From positions 53,461 to 117,460 of the forward strand of contig CAVUPH010000016.1 in the NCBI GenBank assembly GCA_963743305.1: a DNA stretch of 64,000 bases, read 5' to 3'. Both the position numbers and the translations under genes were made by a program. The notes below the pieces were generated by a model. That model saw only the letters and a program-made list of their open reading frames with translations, had not been told where the DNA came from and did no database searches. The DNA comes from an uncultured delta proteobacterium (GTDB lineage: Bacteria > Desulfobacterota > RBG-13-43-22). This document shows, in pieces, positions 41,449 through 51,471 of this stretch; position 1 is the first letter of the stretch; the number at the start of each line of letters is the position of its first letter.

Positions 41449-42189
41449 ATTAAAACGATTCTGACGGCCGCCCTGTTGGTCGGTCTTTTTCTATTGACTC
41501 CAGGGGGCGGTTTGTCCTCGCTCTGGGCTATGGGCGGTAAACCACAGGCCCCTCCGGTTCCGGTCTCCAGGAAAAAGGAGGTCAGCGCGCCCGCACCCTC
41601 CGTTCCGGAAACCATCCTAGTCAGCCTTCCGGTGGGGACCCCGCTTCGAGTCCAGCTTAATCAGACCCTCCGGGTCTCCCTCCTCCGGGTCGGATCTGCG
41701 TTTTCCGGCACGCTCAAGGAACCCCTGGCGGTGGGCGGACAGGTGATCGTCCCCCGAGGATCGTTTCTGGAGGGCTTCGTTTCCAAGGCGGTCCCGAAGA
41801 ACCGCTTCTGGGGAGGAGGTTTATTGGAACTGAAACTGACTCGACTGGTTCTGCCGGACCGAAAGGGTTATTTCATTAGCACGGAACCGTTCATCAAGGC
41901 CGGGAAATCCAGCCTCTTTCGAAACCTCAGCCTGATCGCCGGAGGCGGGATTGTGGGGGTTGGACTGGGTTCCCTTCTGGGACAAACGGCCGGGACTCTG
42001 ATCGGAATGGGGATCGGGGGCGGTACCGGAGGGATTTTAGCCTGGGTCACCGGCCAATCCGATATTACCTTGCCCGCCGAGTCGGAGGCGGTGTTTATCT
42101 TATCAATCCCCGTACCCATCGGTAAGGGTGCCATCGGGAGTTTTTTTAGGCTACCACGTTATACTTCTTCATTTTTTTCCAGAGGGTGA
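41449..42189 (+). CDS. Secreted/membrane hypothetical protein with a glycine-zipper; 3' end uncertain
   Basis: AGGAGG followed by in-frame ATT gives a signal peptide; LPVGTPLRVQL; GGGIVGVGLGSLLG..GIGGGTG. Confidence 0.6.
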   Translation: MKTILTAALLVGLFLLTPGGGLSSLWAMGGKPQAPPVPVSRKKEVSAPAPSVPETILVSLPVGTPLRVQLNQTLRVSLLRVGSAFSGTLKEPLAVGGQVIVPRGSFLEGFVSKAVPKNRFWGGGLLELKLTRLVLPDRKGYFISTEPFIKAGKSSLFRNLSLIAGGGIVGVGLGSLLGQTAGTLIGMGIGGGTGGILAWVTGQSDITLPAESEAVFILSIPVPIGKGAIGSFFRLPRYTSSFFSRG

Positions 42190-43534
42190 CCCGGCTCAGG
42201 CCCAGTCGCCGGGCGGCCTCGGCTTTTTTCCCCTGGGACTGTTCCAGGGCCAGCAGGATTTTTTCCAGCTCTCCCGGGCCCCGTGGTCTTTCCCCCTTCG
42301 GCTTTTCGCCTTGGTATTTTCGGGGTCGTTCATGGATCATGTACCCGGGCAGGTGTTCGCTGCGAATCCATTTTTCCTTGCAGACCACAAAGGCATACTC
42401 CAGCACGTTGATCAGTTCCCGGATATTCCCGGGCCAGTGATAATTCATCAAGTGGTCCATGGCCTCCGGGCTTAACCCCTGTATATTTTTCAATCCCCGG
42501 AGGCGGATTTTAACCATAACCGATTCGGTCAAGAGGGGGATATCCTCTTTTCGCTCCCGAAGGGGAGGGATGCGGATGGGGATGACGTTCAAGCGGTAAA
42601 ACAGGTCTTCCCGAAAAGCCCCACGGTCGACCAGGTCCTTTAATTCCCGGTTGGTGGCCGAGATAAGCCGAACGTCGGTGGCGATGGGGTTTTGACTACC
42701 CACCCGCTCAATCTCCTTTTCTTGGACCACCCGCAGCAGTTTTACCTGGACCGAAGGAGGGATGTCCCCGATTTCATCCAAAAAAAGGCTTCCCCGGTTG
42801 GCGGCCTCGAAACGGCCCACGCGCAGGCGATCGGCTCCGGTAAAAGCCCCTTTCACATGGCCGAAGAGTTCACTTTCCAGCAAGGATTCATTCAGGGAAG
42901 CGCAGTTTACCTTGATGAACGGACCTTCAGCCCGCTGACTAAGGCGGTGGATGGCGGAAGCGACCAATTCCTTTCCGGTGCCACTTTCCCCCAGGATGAC
43001 CACCGGAGCTTCGGATTCGGCGGCGTTCTTAACCAGGTCATAAACCGCCTGCATCACCGGCGTGGCGCCGATTAGCCCGTGAAAACCGTGTTCGTGGGTC
43101 AGTTCTTTCTTCAGGTATTCGATTTCCTGGTCCTTTTTTAATTGCTCGGAGATGTCGGTCAGGGTCTCCACTCCGCCGATGGCTTCACCCCGGGAGTCTT
43201 TTAAGACCGTCGCGTTTTTCAGCAGGTAGGCGGAGGATCCGTCCTTTCGTTTAATAACACACCGTCGGCGGGATACTTTTCCCATTTTGAAGAGATTGCA
43301 TTGTTTGACTTTTCCCTCGGCGGTTTGCTGCATGCAGGTGTCGCCCTCAAAGACGGTACACGGCATTCCAACCACTTCCTCCCTTTTATAGCCGGTGATT
43401 GCCTCGGCCGCCGGGTTAATGAAAACGATCGTTCCCTCGGTGTTGACGATCAGCAATCCATCCACCATGGTGTCCACCACCGATTCCCAATACAGGGAGC
43501 GGTCCTCCGGTTTCATGCGGGGTAACTCGCCCAT
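42146..43534 (-). CDS. PAS-domain sigma54-dependent transcriptional activator (NtrC/Fis family)
   Basis: PAS domain, GESGTGKE, ESELFGHVKGAFTGA, WPGNIREL, C-terminal HTH. Confidence 0.95.
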   Translation of the reverse strand: MGELPRMKPEDRSLYWESVVDTMVDGLLIVNTEGTIVFINPAAEAITGYKREEVVGMPCTVFEGDTCMQQTAEGKVKQCNLFKMGKVSRRRCVIKRKDGSSAYLLKNATVLKDSRGEAIGGVETLTDISEQLKKDQEIEYLKKELTHEHGFHGLIGATPVMQAVYDLVKNAAESEAPVVILGESGTGKELVASAIHRLSQRAEGPFIKVNCASLNESLLESELFGHVKGAFTGADRLRVGRFEAANRGSLFLDEIGDIPPSVQVKLLRVVQEKEIERVGSQNPIATDVRLISATNRELKDLVDRGAFREDLFYRLNVIPIRIPPLRERKEDIPLLTESVMVKIRLRGLKNIQGLSPEAMDHLMNYHWPGNIRELINVLEYAFVVCKEKWIRSEHLPGYMIHERPRKYQGEKPKGERPRGPGELEKILLALEQSQGKKAEAARRLGLSRVTLWKKMKKYNVVA

Positions 43535-43892
43535 TTATTCTATTATCCCTTCTTATTCCGTTAACCAAATTACGTTAATAAAAGTTAACTTATGTTAATC
43601 ACGTTAATGTTTCCACGCAACCCCCCTAATCTCGTTAACCGAAGTAGGATGTTCAAGCGGTCTTCGCCAAATTTCCGTCAGAGAGTGCCGGGCACTTCTG
43701 GAATTTGATAATAACCCATTCATTTTCAATAAGTTGTAATGCAGTCCGCGGAGCTGACCTTTAACCAGATACGGAGAACCTTCCTTTTGCTTAGGATGAC
43801 AGAACGAAGGGCTGAGGAGAACAATCTTTGATTTTTTCGAAGTCCCCATTCAAAAAAACCTTTGTTTGTTGGGGTGTTCCCATTTGATGGTT

Positions 43893-44035
43893 TCGCAAAA
43901 AGTCCCCAGCGCTGTCATTGCGAGGAGTGAAGCGACGAAGCAATCCCCAAGAATCAGCTAGTTACCATGGTGGGGGATTAGCTTCCCCCGGATCAAGTCC
44001 GGGGTCGCAATGACAGGTTTTTGGACTTTTTGCGA
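43893..44035. mobile_element. MITE-like element: 13-bp terminal inverted repeats enclosing a GTCAT/ATGAC palindrome
   Basis: tcgcaaaaagtcc (43893-43905) / ggactttttgcga (44023-44035). Confidence 0.6.
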
Positions 44036-44065
44036 GGTTGTCACATTTATTCTCCCTGGAATTCC

Positions 44066-44081
44066 TGGCATGATAATTGCT
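44066..44081 (+). promoter_or_regulatory. Sigma54 (-24/-12) promoter
   Basis: TGGCATG-ataa-TTGCT with canonical spacing; divergent enhancer-binding-protein gene. Confidence 0.8.
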
Positions 44082-44189
44082 TGATAAAACCGGATACCTG
44101 GAAACGCCAATAATGATATCCAACAGTTTGAGGGGTATTAGGGACGCGAATTGTCCCGTAATTTATTCAAAAAGAGTAGAGGAAAAAGC

Positions 44190-45557
44190 ATGAAAAAAAA
44201 CCGTTTTAATTTATCGATCGGGTTGGGGCTGGTTGCCGCCGTCCTGCTTGGGGTCAATGGCGTCGCCGGGGCCGTGGAAAACGGCAAGGCCCTCTGGGGG
44301 CCCAATTGTCTGAATTGCCACAAATACGACCCCAGCGCCAAATTGATCATGGGAGATTTTCAATCCTATTCCCGGCAGGCCAATCTGTTGACCGTCAAGA
44401 TCGGACCGAAGCCTCAATTGGTCAAAGTAACGGACCAGACCCAACTGGAAAACGCCGCTTCTTACCGGGACCTGACCGGGGACAATGCCCTGAAGATCCT
44501 GATTGAGGAAAAACCCGATGGTTATTATGCGCAGAAGGTCACCGTCAAGCCTAAACTAAAGGTGCCGGACAAGCAGTTGATGTCCACTCCAGAAATGGAA
44601 AAACTGGTCGCCCAAGGTCCGGAGGCAGGGAAATTCGTACTTCTTGACTCTCGCCCGGCCTACCGTTTCCAGGAAGAGCGCATACCGGGAGCCCAGAATA
44701 TGCCCCTCCCCAACTTTGATAAGCTGACCAACCTCCTGCCTCAGGACAAGGCCAAAATGGTAATTTTTTACTGCCAGGGCTCCACCTGAGCCCTCAGCCC
44801 CATGGCCGCCCGGAGGGCGGAAAAATTAGGCTATACCAATATCAGAGTCTATCACGACGGGATTCCGGCTTGGTCCGAGGCCGGAAATGTGCTTTTTACC
44901 GACGGGGCGTTTGTAGAGCAGATGATGGGCTTCCTGGTCTTGCTGGACCTGAGGGGGGTGGACGCGGCCAAGAAGGCCCACATCCAAGGAGCGGTTGCCC
45001 TGGATCAGAAGAACCTGGAAAAAGAAAAAGGCCAGTTTCCGGTGGATCACAAGGCCCCTATTATTCTCTATACCGATAAATCCGACTGGAAGGAACTGCA
45101 GACCGCAGTCAAGACAATTTCTTCCTGGGGTTATTCCCGGATTCGTGTTTTAGAGGGAGGATTTGATGGCTGGCTGGCCAAGAATCGGCCGACCCAGAAG
45201 GGGGAGGTCCGGACCACAATTTTTTACATCCCCCGTCCCCATCCCGGAGAGATTTCGGGGGACGAGTTCATGAATATTGTAAAAAACAAACCGGCCGATA
45301 AGTTAATTTTGGACGTTCGGAATAAGGAAGAGGCCGCTGAAGGGGTCCTGGAAGGGGCGGTAAATATCCCCTTGGATTCACTTCAGGGTCGTTTGAATGA
45401 ATTGCCCAAGGACAAGGAGATTATCCTCCATTGCCGGACGGGACTCCGGGCGGAAATGGGCTACCACATCCTGCGAAACGCCGGCGGATACAACGCTCGG
45501 TTCTTGAACGATAAGATCGCCATCAAAGGCCAGGATTTATTCTGTTGCTATAAATAA
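44190..45557 (+). CDS. Secreted CXXCH plus triple-rhodanese selenoprotein (Sec at TGA 44787-44789)
   Basis: ORFs 44151 and 44802 are in frame across a single TGA: FYCQGST-U-ALSPMAARRAEKLGY; signal peptide; CLNCH; third domain HCRTGLR. Confidence 0.85.
44806..44820 (+). promoter_or_regulatory. Putative bacterial SECIS hairpin
   Basis: ccgccc-gga-gggcgg stem-loop starting 17 nt after the UGA, with a G-first loop. Confidence 0.65.
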
Positions 45558-45585
45558 TTCCCTCCCTCGCAGTAAACCCCCTAAA

Positions 45586-45614
45586 CCCCCGGACCGCTTT
45601 CTCAGGGTCCGGGG
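45586..45614. terminator. Hairpin between convergent genes
   Basis: ccccggacc...ggtccgggg. Confidence 0.55.
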
Positions 45615-45624
45615 TCCCTCCGAA

Positions 45625-47640
45625 CTATCCCTGCTTATAGAGAACGCCGATGACCTCTTCGAGTCCCAGTCGAGTCAACCGTTCCCGGTCAGGTTTGCCG
45701 GTTTCCCGATTCCAGCCCAGTGCCTGGTAAAAACCGTCGGTCAAGGCCTCCACCTCCAGAGTAACCCCCTTGTCCGCCCCCCGGGAAGCGGGCTGTTCGC
45801 TAAAAAGGCGGGGGTGAGGCCGAAAATCTTTTTTGGGATTCAGGCCTTCCCGGAGGTTAAAGGCCTGCCGGAGCTGTTCGATCCGTTCGCCGATGACCAG
45901 ATACTCTTCCGGAGAATTTTCCCAGCCGGTGGCCGCGTTCAGCCAGTCGCAAAGCGGAAAATCTCCTCCTATCTGGGTGCCGAACAGACAGGCCCCGGCC
46001 CCGTCGATGAGCATTTTGTAAAAACTGTCCACAGCCTGGGCCTCCCCCTTGTTGTCGGTCCGATATTTTTGCCTGCGGGTGGTGAAAAAAGGGACTTTTT
46101 TTGCCCGGGGGAATTTTTTTTCCAAAAATTGCAGGTCCAGATAGGTGTAGGAGGAAACGGTGTGGCGGCCCGGCGCCGGTTCGCAGGCATAGGCCATTCC
46201 GAACCCGGGGTCGAATTTGGGGTCATGCATGGGAGGTTCTACCCCGCCGCAATGTACGGCAAATTGTTCCGAACCGCGCCCCAGCTTTTCCGCCGCCCTT
46301 TTCACTCCGTCGGCCAGGAGATCCCCCAGCCCTTCGCGCCGGATGATTTTTTCGGTCAAGGCCAGAATGGCTGAGGCGTTGCCCCAGCGTAATTCCAGCC
46401 CTTCCGTGTCTTCCGGTTTCAGTATTCCCTTTTCATAACATTCGATGGCGAAAGCGACGGTTCCGCCGCAGGAGATGGAGTCCATTCCGGCCCGGTTCAG
46501 CAGGTCGTTGATTTTGAAAATGGTAAAGAGGTCATCGTTGAGCAGCAGGCTCCCGAAGGCGCAGAGCGTTTCATATTCAATTTTATGCATTTCCGGGATA
46601 GGGAAAGGGCCGTCTTCGATTTTCATCAATCCGCCGCAATGAAGCGGACAGGAAAAACAGCCGTATTTTTTGGTCTCGTAACGGCGCACGGCTTCGGCCC
46701 CGATCTTCTGGGACCGGGAAAGAGGGAAATCGCGGGTTCCCACTCCGCTCCAGTTTTTGATCGGGCTATCCCCGTTCTCAGCGCTCATGGCGGTCAGGGC
46801 CGTGGTACCGAATTTTTTCAGCAGGAGACGCCAGAGGTCGGCCGGTTGGCGGGGATAGATCCGGCTGCGGCGGGTGATTTTCCCCATTGTTCCCAGAAGT
46901 CCGTCGGTCAAAAACGGTTCCAGCCACTTCTTGGCGGAAAGCTGTTTCTGAAAGTCCCGGCTGAGGCGGTTGATCCGGGGGCGGTCAAAAACCGCCACTC
47001 GCCGGGTCCCGGCGGCGACGACGGCCTTCAGCTTTTTGGAGCCCATGACCGCCCCCAGTCCGCTCCGGGCCGCTATTCTTCCCCGATCGGTTACGATTCC
47101 GGAAATGAGACTCACTTTTTCCCCGGCCGGCCCGATGCAGGCCACCTGAGCCCGGCTTCCGTGCCGCTCCTGCAAGCGGGTTTCCGTTTCGATGGCGTCC
47201 AGGCCCCAGAGGTCCGCGGCGTCTTTCAGCTCGGCGGTTTGGTCATCCAGATAAAGGTACTGGGGCCGTTCGCCGACACCGGTAAAAAAGAGGGCATCCA
47301 GGCCGCAGCGTTTCAGCCAGGGTGAAAAATAGCCGCCGCAATTGGCATCTCCCCAACCCCCGGAAAGAGGGGATTTCCCCACTACGGTGAACCGTCCGGT
47401 AAAAAGGCTTCCCGTGTCGGTCAACAGTCCGGTGGTGAATCCCAGGATATTTTCGGGACCCAGCGGATCACTCCCGGCCGGCATTCGGTCCCAGAGGACC
47501 TTGGCCCCCAGCCCGACCCCGCCCAGGAATTTCTGATAGTGGGCATCCGCCAATTCCTCAACAGCCGTTTTCCCGGCGGATAGGTCCACCCAAAGTATCC
47601 GTCCCCAGTATCCTTTTCCTGCCTCATCTGATCCAAGCAT
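45625..47640 (-). CDS. aor: Aldehyde:ferredoxin oxidoreductase family protein
   Basis: KSPLSGGWGDAN, ARSGLGAVMGSK, CFSCPLHC, EYET, MHDPK. Confidence 0.92.
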   Translation of the reverse strand: MLGSDEAGKGYWGRILWVDLSAGKTAVEELADAHYQKFLGGVGLGAKVLWDRMPAGSDPLGPENILGFTTGLLTDTGSLFTGRFTVVGKSPLSGGWGDANCGGYFSPWLKRCGLDALFFTGVGERPQYLYLDDQTAELKDAADLWGLDAIETETRLQERHGSRAQVACIGPAGEKVSLISGIVTDRGRIAARSGLGAVMGSKKLKAVVAAGTRRVAVFDRPRINRLSRDFQKQLSAKKWLEPFLTDGLLGTMGKITRRSRIYPRQPADLWRLLLKKFGTTALTAMSAENGDSPIKNWSGVGTRDFPLSRSQKIGAEAVRRYETKKYGCFSCPLHCGGLMKIEDGPFPIPEMHKIEYETLCAFGSLLLNDDLFTIFKINDLLNRAGMDSISCGGTVAFAIECYEKGILKPEDTEGLELRWGNASAILALTEKIIRREGLGDLLADGVKRAAEKLGRGSEQFAVHCGGVEPPMHDPKFDPGFGMAYACEPAPGRHTVSSYTYLDLQFLEKKFPRAKKVPFFTTRRQKYRTDNKGEAQAVDSFYKMLIDGAGACLFGTQIGGDFPLCDWLNAATGWENSPEEYLVIGERIEQLRQAFNLREGLNPKKDFRPHPRLFSEQPASRGADKGVTLEVEALTDGFYQALGWNRETGKPDRERLTRLGLEEVIGVLYKQG

Positions 47641-47719
47641 CTGGTTCCTCCTGCTACGGGAGACATTCTATTTTGGTACTTCGCGGGTGCCCGTCCGCGG
47701 GTATGGGGGTTTGGTAGGC

Positions 47720-48227
47720 AACTCAGGACCACTCTTTTAAACTTTCCCGGAATGGCCCCGCAAACCGGGCAGCTTTCAGGAACGCGACTTTCACTGATAT
47801 ACCCGCAGATCTGGCAGACATAGAAATCTTCATCCGGGGCGGTGAGATTTTCCAGCAAGGCTCTTTCCAGGAGAGCGGCCTGATGCGGCTCCACTTCCCG
47901 GCTTTGGGAAAAGGCCATCCGGGCGCTTTTCAGCCCTTCCTCTTCCGCTTCCCGAATCATGGAGGGATATTCCCGTTCATAGGCCCGCTGGTTGCGGTTG
48001 AGAGCGGATTTCAAGTTTTCCCGACTGCCGCCGATTTTTCCCCGCAGCAAGAGCAGAAAGCGGTGGGCCTGAACGGACTCGGATTCGGCCAGTGCCCGGA
48101 AAAGGCGGGCCAGCGAGGGATTGGCTTCATGGTCGGCTTTCTGGGCAAAGGCCGAATCGCGGGCCGAAGCTTGCGATTCGGCGGCCAAAGCCCGGGACAA
48201 ATTCCTCTCTGTTTTTTCGGACATCAA
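47720..48227 (-). CDS. Rubrerythrin family protein; true stop probably near 47720
   Basis: ALAAESQA, ESESVQA, EREYP, C-terminal rubredoxin-like CQICG...CPVCG. Confidence 0.8.
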
Positions 48228-48351
48228 TGCGCTCCCTTTTTCCGCTGATTATGGTATACTGCAACGTATTATGCCCATGGGGCCGGGGCGCTGTCAAGCA
48301 AAGCTGAACCGGCCCAAAGCCTTTCCGACTCCTTCGGCTGGGAGGATGAAA

Positions 48352-49113
48352 ATGAATAGCGGCAGGACGGTTTTTTGTTTCTTAATCGGATTCGTGATCC
48401 TGGCCTGCGGGTGGCTGGTCCCGGGAGACGGGCAGGCTTCACTGTGGAAAAACCTGTCTGCCGACGGCCGGACGAATACGATGCCGGTACTCTGGGATCA
48501 GGTTTCCCGGAAAATCATCCCCCGTCTCGACCTGAAAAGGCTGGAACGGGGGGAGGTGATCTCCGAAATTAAGAAACTAGATTCCCAGACCGTGGAGGCC
48601 GAGAGTGTGGGACTGATCAAGGCCACTCCCGAGGCCTGTTTTAAGGTGGTTCGTTCCTATAATCGGTATACGCAGATCATGCCCTGCACGGTGGAAAACC
48701 GGGTGATTCGGGCTTTTAAACTGGAGGGGGCCTATGCCGGGGCTGAAGCGGTTGACTTTTGGACCCGGGTGAGCGTTCTGGGGTTTGACACCCGGTATCT
48801 GCTCCGTATCGCCCATCTCTCCGACCTGCAAAACCGGCGGTTTCGCAGCTTCTGGACCCTGGTAGGTAACCCTTCCCAGGTGGCCGGGGTTTGCGATTCG
48901 GGAAAAACGCCCTGCGAGAATGATTTGGCCCTCAATCTGGGGTCACACCAATTTGAGCCCTATCCTGGAAATCCGAACTATACCCTGCATACCTACACCT
49001 TAACCCTCGAAGGGAAAAACTGGCTTCAGCAGACGGCCATTCGGCTGGGTGGCCTGAAAACCATGGAAGAGGTCACTGAGGGTATCCGCAAGGCCCTGAA
49101 GGTCAGGGAGTAA
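48352..49113 (+). CDS. Secreted protein, possibly SRPBCC/START-like
   Basis: GGAGG RBS, signal peptide, IKATPEACFKVVRSYNRYTQIMP resembles an SRPBCC N-terminus. Confidence 0.55.
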   Translation: MNSGRTVFCFLIGFVILACGWLVPGDGQASLWKNLSADGRTNTMPVLWDQVSRKIIPRLDLKRLERGEVISEIKKLDSQTVEAESVGLIKATPEACFKVVRSYNRYTQIMPCTVENRVIRAFKLEGAYAGAEAVDFWTRVSVLGFDTRYLLRIAHLSDLQNRRFRSFWTLVGNPSQVAGVCDSGKTPCENDLALNLGSHQFEPYPGNPNYTLHTYTLTLEGKNWLQQTAIRLGGLKTMEEVTEGIRKALKVRE

Positions 49114-49155
49114 AAAGAGGGGAAGAAGTCTCCCGCTCACCATTTGGCCAGGTCT

Positions 49156-49923
49156 TCACCGCAGAAAATCGTTCGCTGCGAGGGAGGGGCTTCCCTGCCA
49201 CCGTAAGAAGCACCGGGTTTCGTTCGGGGGTATAAAGGCCCGCACTTCCACCATCCGCGTAACCGTATCAATGGAAACATAGCGCAGGGAATCCGGGGCA
49301 CAAGCCCCCGAGTTCACGTAGACTCCCTGGCCTATGGGAATACAGGCCATCTGATGGGAGTGTCCCATGACAATCACATCGTTTTTCCCGAGATGGAGGG
49401 CCTTGATGGCGGCCATTTCCAGGGCTTTGAAAAACCGCTGGCCCCAGTCATAGAAGGGGCCCTCGAGAAAATCCGCCAGACGGCTGAAGCCCAAACGGCG
49501 CAGTCCGCCGATCAGCCAGGTGACAAAAAAGGGCAGTCGCCCGTGATCGCCGATAAAGGGGTCAAATTGATGCCCATGGGTCAACCAGATACGCCAATTA
49601 TCCTTTTTTAAGCGAATCTGGTTTAACGTTCCCAAAAATTTTTGAGTGATCAGGTCGTGATTTCCAAAAATAGAAGAATAGTGACTTTCCCGCCAGCGAC
49701 TGACAATCCGGGAATAGCGTTTCAGAATGGCTTCCAAAACGTCGGATCGGGAACCGGGATAGCTCCCGTAGTCCGTCTGATAGATATCCCCCATCAGTAT
49801 AATCCGCTCATGGGTCCGGTGAAGATGATCATCCAATCGTAGCAAGCGGCCTTCTTCCCCTAAAAATTTGTCCAAAAGCGGGGTATGACCCAGGTGAAGA
49901 TCCCCAAAAGTGGCAATGCGCAT
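49156..49923 (-). CDS. Calcineurin-like metallophosphoesterase (LpxH-like)
   Basis: GDLH, MGDI, GNHD, HGH, GHSH, NSG. Confidence 0.85.
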   Translation of the reverse strand: MRIATFGDLHLGHTPLLDKFLGEEGRLLRLDDHLHRTHERIILMGDIYQTDYGSYPGSRSDVLEAILKRYSRIVSRWRESHYSSIFGNHDLITQKFLGTLNQIRLKKDNWRIWLTHGHQFDPFIGDHGRLPFFVTWLIGGLRRLGFSRLADFLEGPFYDWGQRFFKALEMAAIKALHLGKNDVIVMGHSHQMACIPIGQGVYVNSGACAPDSLRYVSIDTVTRMVEVRAFIPPNETRCFLRWQGSPSLAANDFLR

Positions 49924-49973
49924 CAGTAGCCTTTCTGGTCTTATTATCGTTTCGAGGGCAAAAGAACTTTAAC

Positions 49974-50753
49974 TTACTCCCAGCCCCGCCGTTGTAAAAT
50001 AGCCTGACCCGCCTCGCTCTGCAAAAATAATATAAAGGCCAGGGCCAAGTCTTTCTTTTTTGTCCAGGCCGTAATGGCCATGGGCGTCGGTCGCAAGGAA
50101 CCGCTGATTGAGGACAAAGGAATAAATTCCGTCTCCGGCCGCAAAACAAAATGCCAGGATTTGTAGGTGATCCAGGCATCCAGTTCCGGAAAAGAACGCC
50201 AGGCTTCTTTCCCTTGCTCCCCGGTCGTCACCGATCGATAGATATGTTCGGCCGAGTTAGGCACTTTGTTTTGAAATTCTCGCATGGTTTCCAGTTTCAC
50301 GTCTAATAGCTTAACGGTTTCACGCCCCAAATCCGAAAGATCGGCAATCCCTTTGGGGTTTCCCTGGCGGACGATAATGCCGACCTGCCGGCTGCCAATC
50401 AGGCGGATGCTGCCCGGTTCGATGGCCAGGGGGTGGCGAGCCGTAAAATCCTCCATCATATCCGGCGCACCGCCATAAATCAGATCGGCTTCTTGCTTGA
50501 ACCATTTTTCTGGCGGTCCCTTGACAACCTCAATCACAATCCCTTTCAAAAGAAAATAGGCTTCAGCCGCTTCTTTCATGGCCTCATAAGGGCCGCCGGG
50601 CCCGACGATCAATAATTTCTCCTTATCCTTTTCGTTAGTTAAAGTTCCGCTGCCTGAAAATTTCAGGGTTTCAGCAAAAACCGATTGGCTGAATACCATT
50701 AAATGCAGCAGGATGGTGATGGAAACCAAACTGGCGATTTTTGAATAAGACAT
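49974..50753 (-). CDS. Periplasmic substrate-binding protein (AcfC/molybdate-binding-like)
   Basis: Signal peptide; GPGGP, GIIVRQGNPKGI, DAWITYKSW. Confidence 0.7.
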   Translation of the reverse strand: MSYSKIASLVSITILLHLMVFSQSVFAETLKFSGSGTLTNEKDKEKLLIVGPGGPYEAMKEAAEAYFLLKGIVIEVVKGPPEKWFKQEADLIYGGAPDMMEDFTARHPLAIEPGSIRLIGSRQVGIIVRQGNPKGIADLSDLGRETVKLLDVKLETMREFQNKVPNSAEHIYRSVTTGEQGKEAWRSFPELDAWITYKSWHFVLRPETEFIPLSSISGSLRPTPMAITAWTKKKDLALAFILFLQSEAGQAILQRRGWE

Positions 50754-50829
50754 CGAACAACCTCCCTAATCAGAATTTTTTGCGTCTGCTGTCCGCCGGG
50801 CGGGGTCCGTGGCCCTAAAATGACGGATG

Positions 50830-51065
50830 AGATCCAGGCCATTTCGTAAAGGCCGACGAGTTCAGGTGGATAAAAAAGAAAGGCTCCGGCCGAGAAATCG
50901 ACATGAACGTTGGGTTTCAGGAGCAGCGCTGCGGATTGCTCGGTGAAAGGCCAGCTTCGGTGAAGCATGAGAAATTTGGTCAGGTGACCCGGTGGTTCGT
51001 TGAAAACCGACTCCAGCGATCGGAGATTCGAGCCGTCTGCGTTGAAATATCTGCCGATGCCCAAA
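50830..51065 (-). pseudogene. Internal fragment of an amidohydrolase-family gene
   Basis: GSNLRSLESVFNEP..KFLMLHRSWPFT..LLLKPNVHVDFS; no intact start or end. Confidence 0.45.
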
Positions 51066-51471
51066 TCCGAATAGGGCGTAAGGCTCCGACAGGGCCGGCA
51101 GCTTTTTCACTTATTCAGTCTCCGGTAGGGCTTTTAAAGGGATCAAAGCGCGCCGATTATCATCAAGGCAAAACTCTTAATTTAGAATAAGTCGGTATCA
51201 TCTCCAATTAAGCAGTCTTCTGGTAAATATCATATAGTTCCCGCCGAGTCAAAAAAGAAATAATTAGCTCTGATTCGATTTTATACGTCTGCCGGAGACA
51301 AAAAATATAATAAAAAAAGTAAGTTAGGTAAAGTGAAGGTTGAACGAAGAACCCACAGAAGAAGTCGGATTGTTTTTCCTTAAGTTTTGTTCTTCTCCAA
51401 ACGATAAGAACCCTGAAAGCAAATTGTAATGGGTCCGAACAAGGTCAAAGCTTAAATGGAGATATAATACA

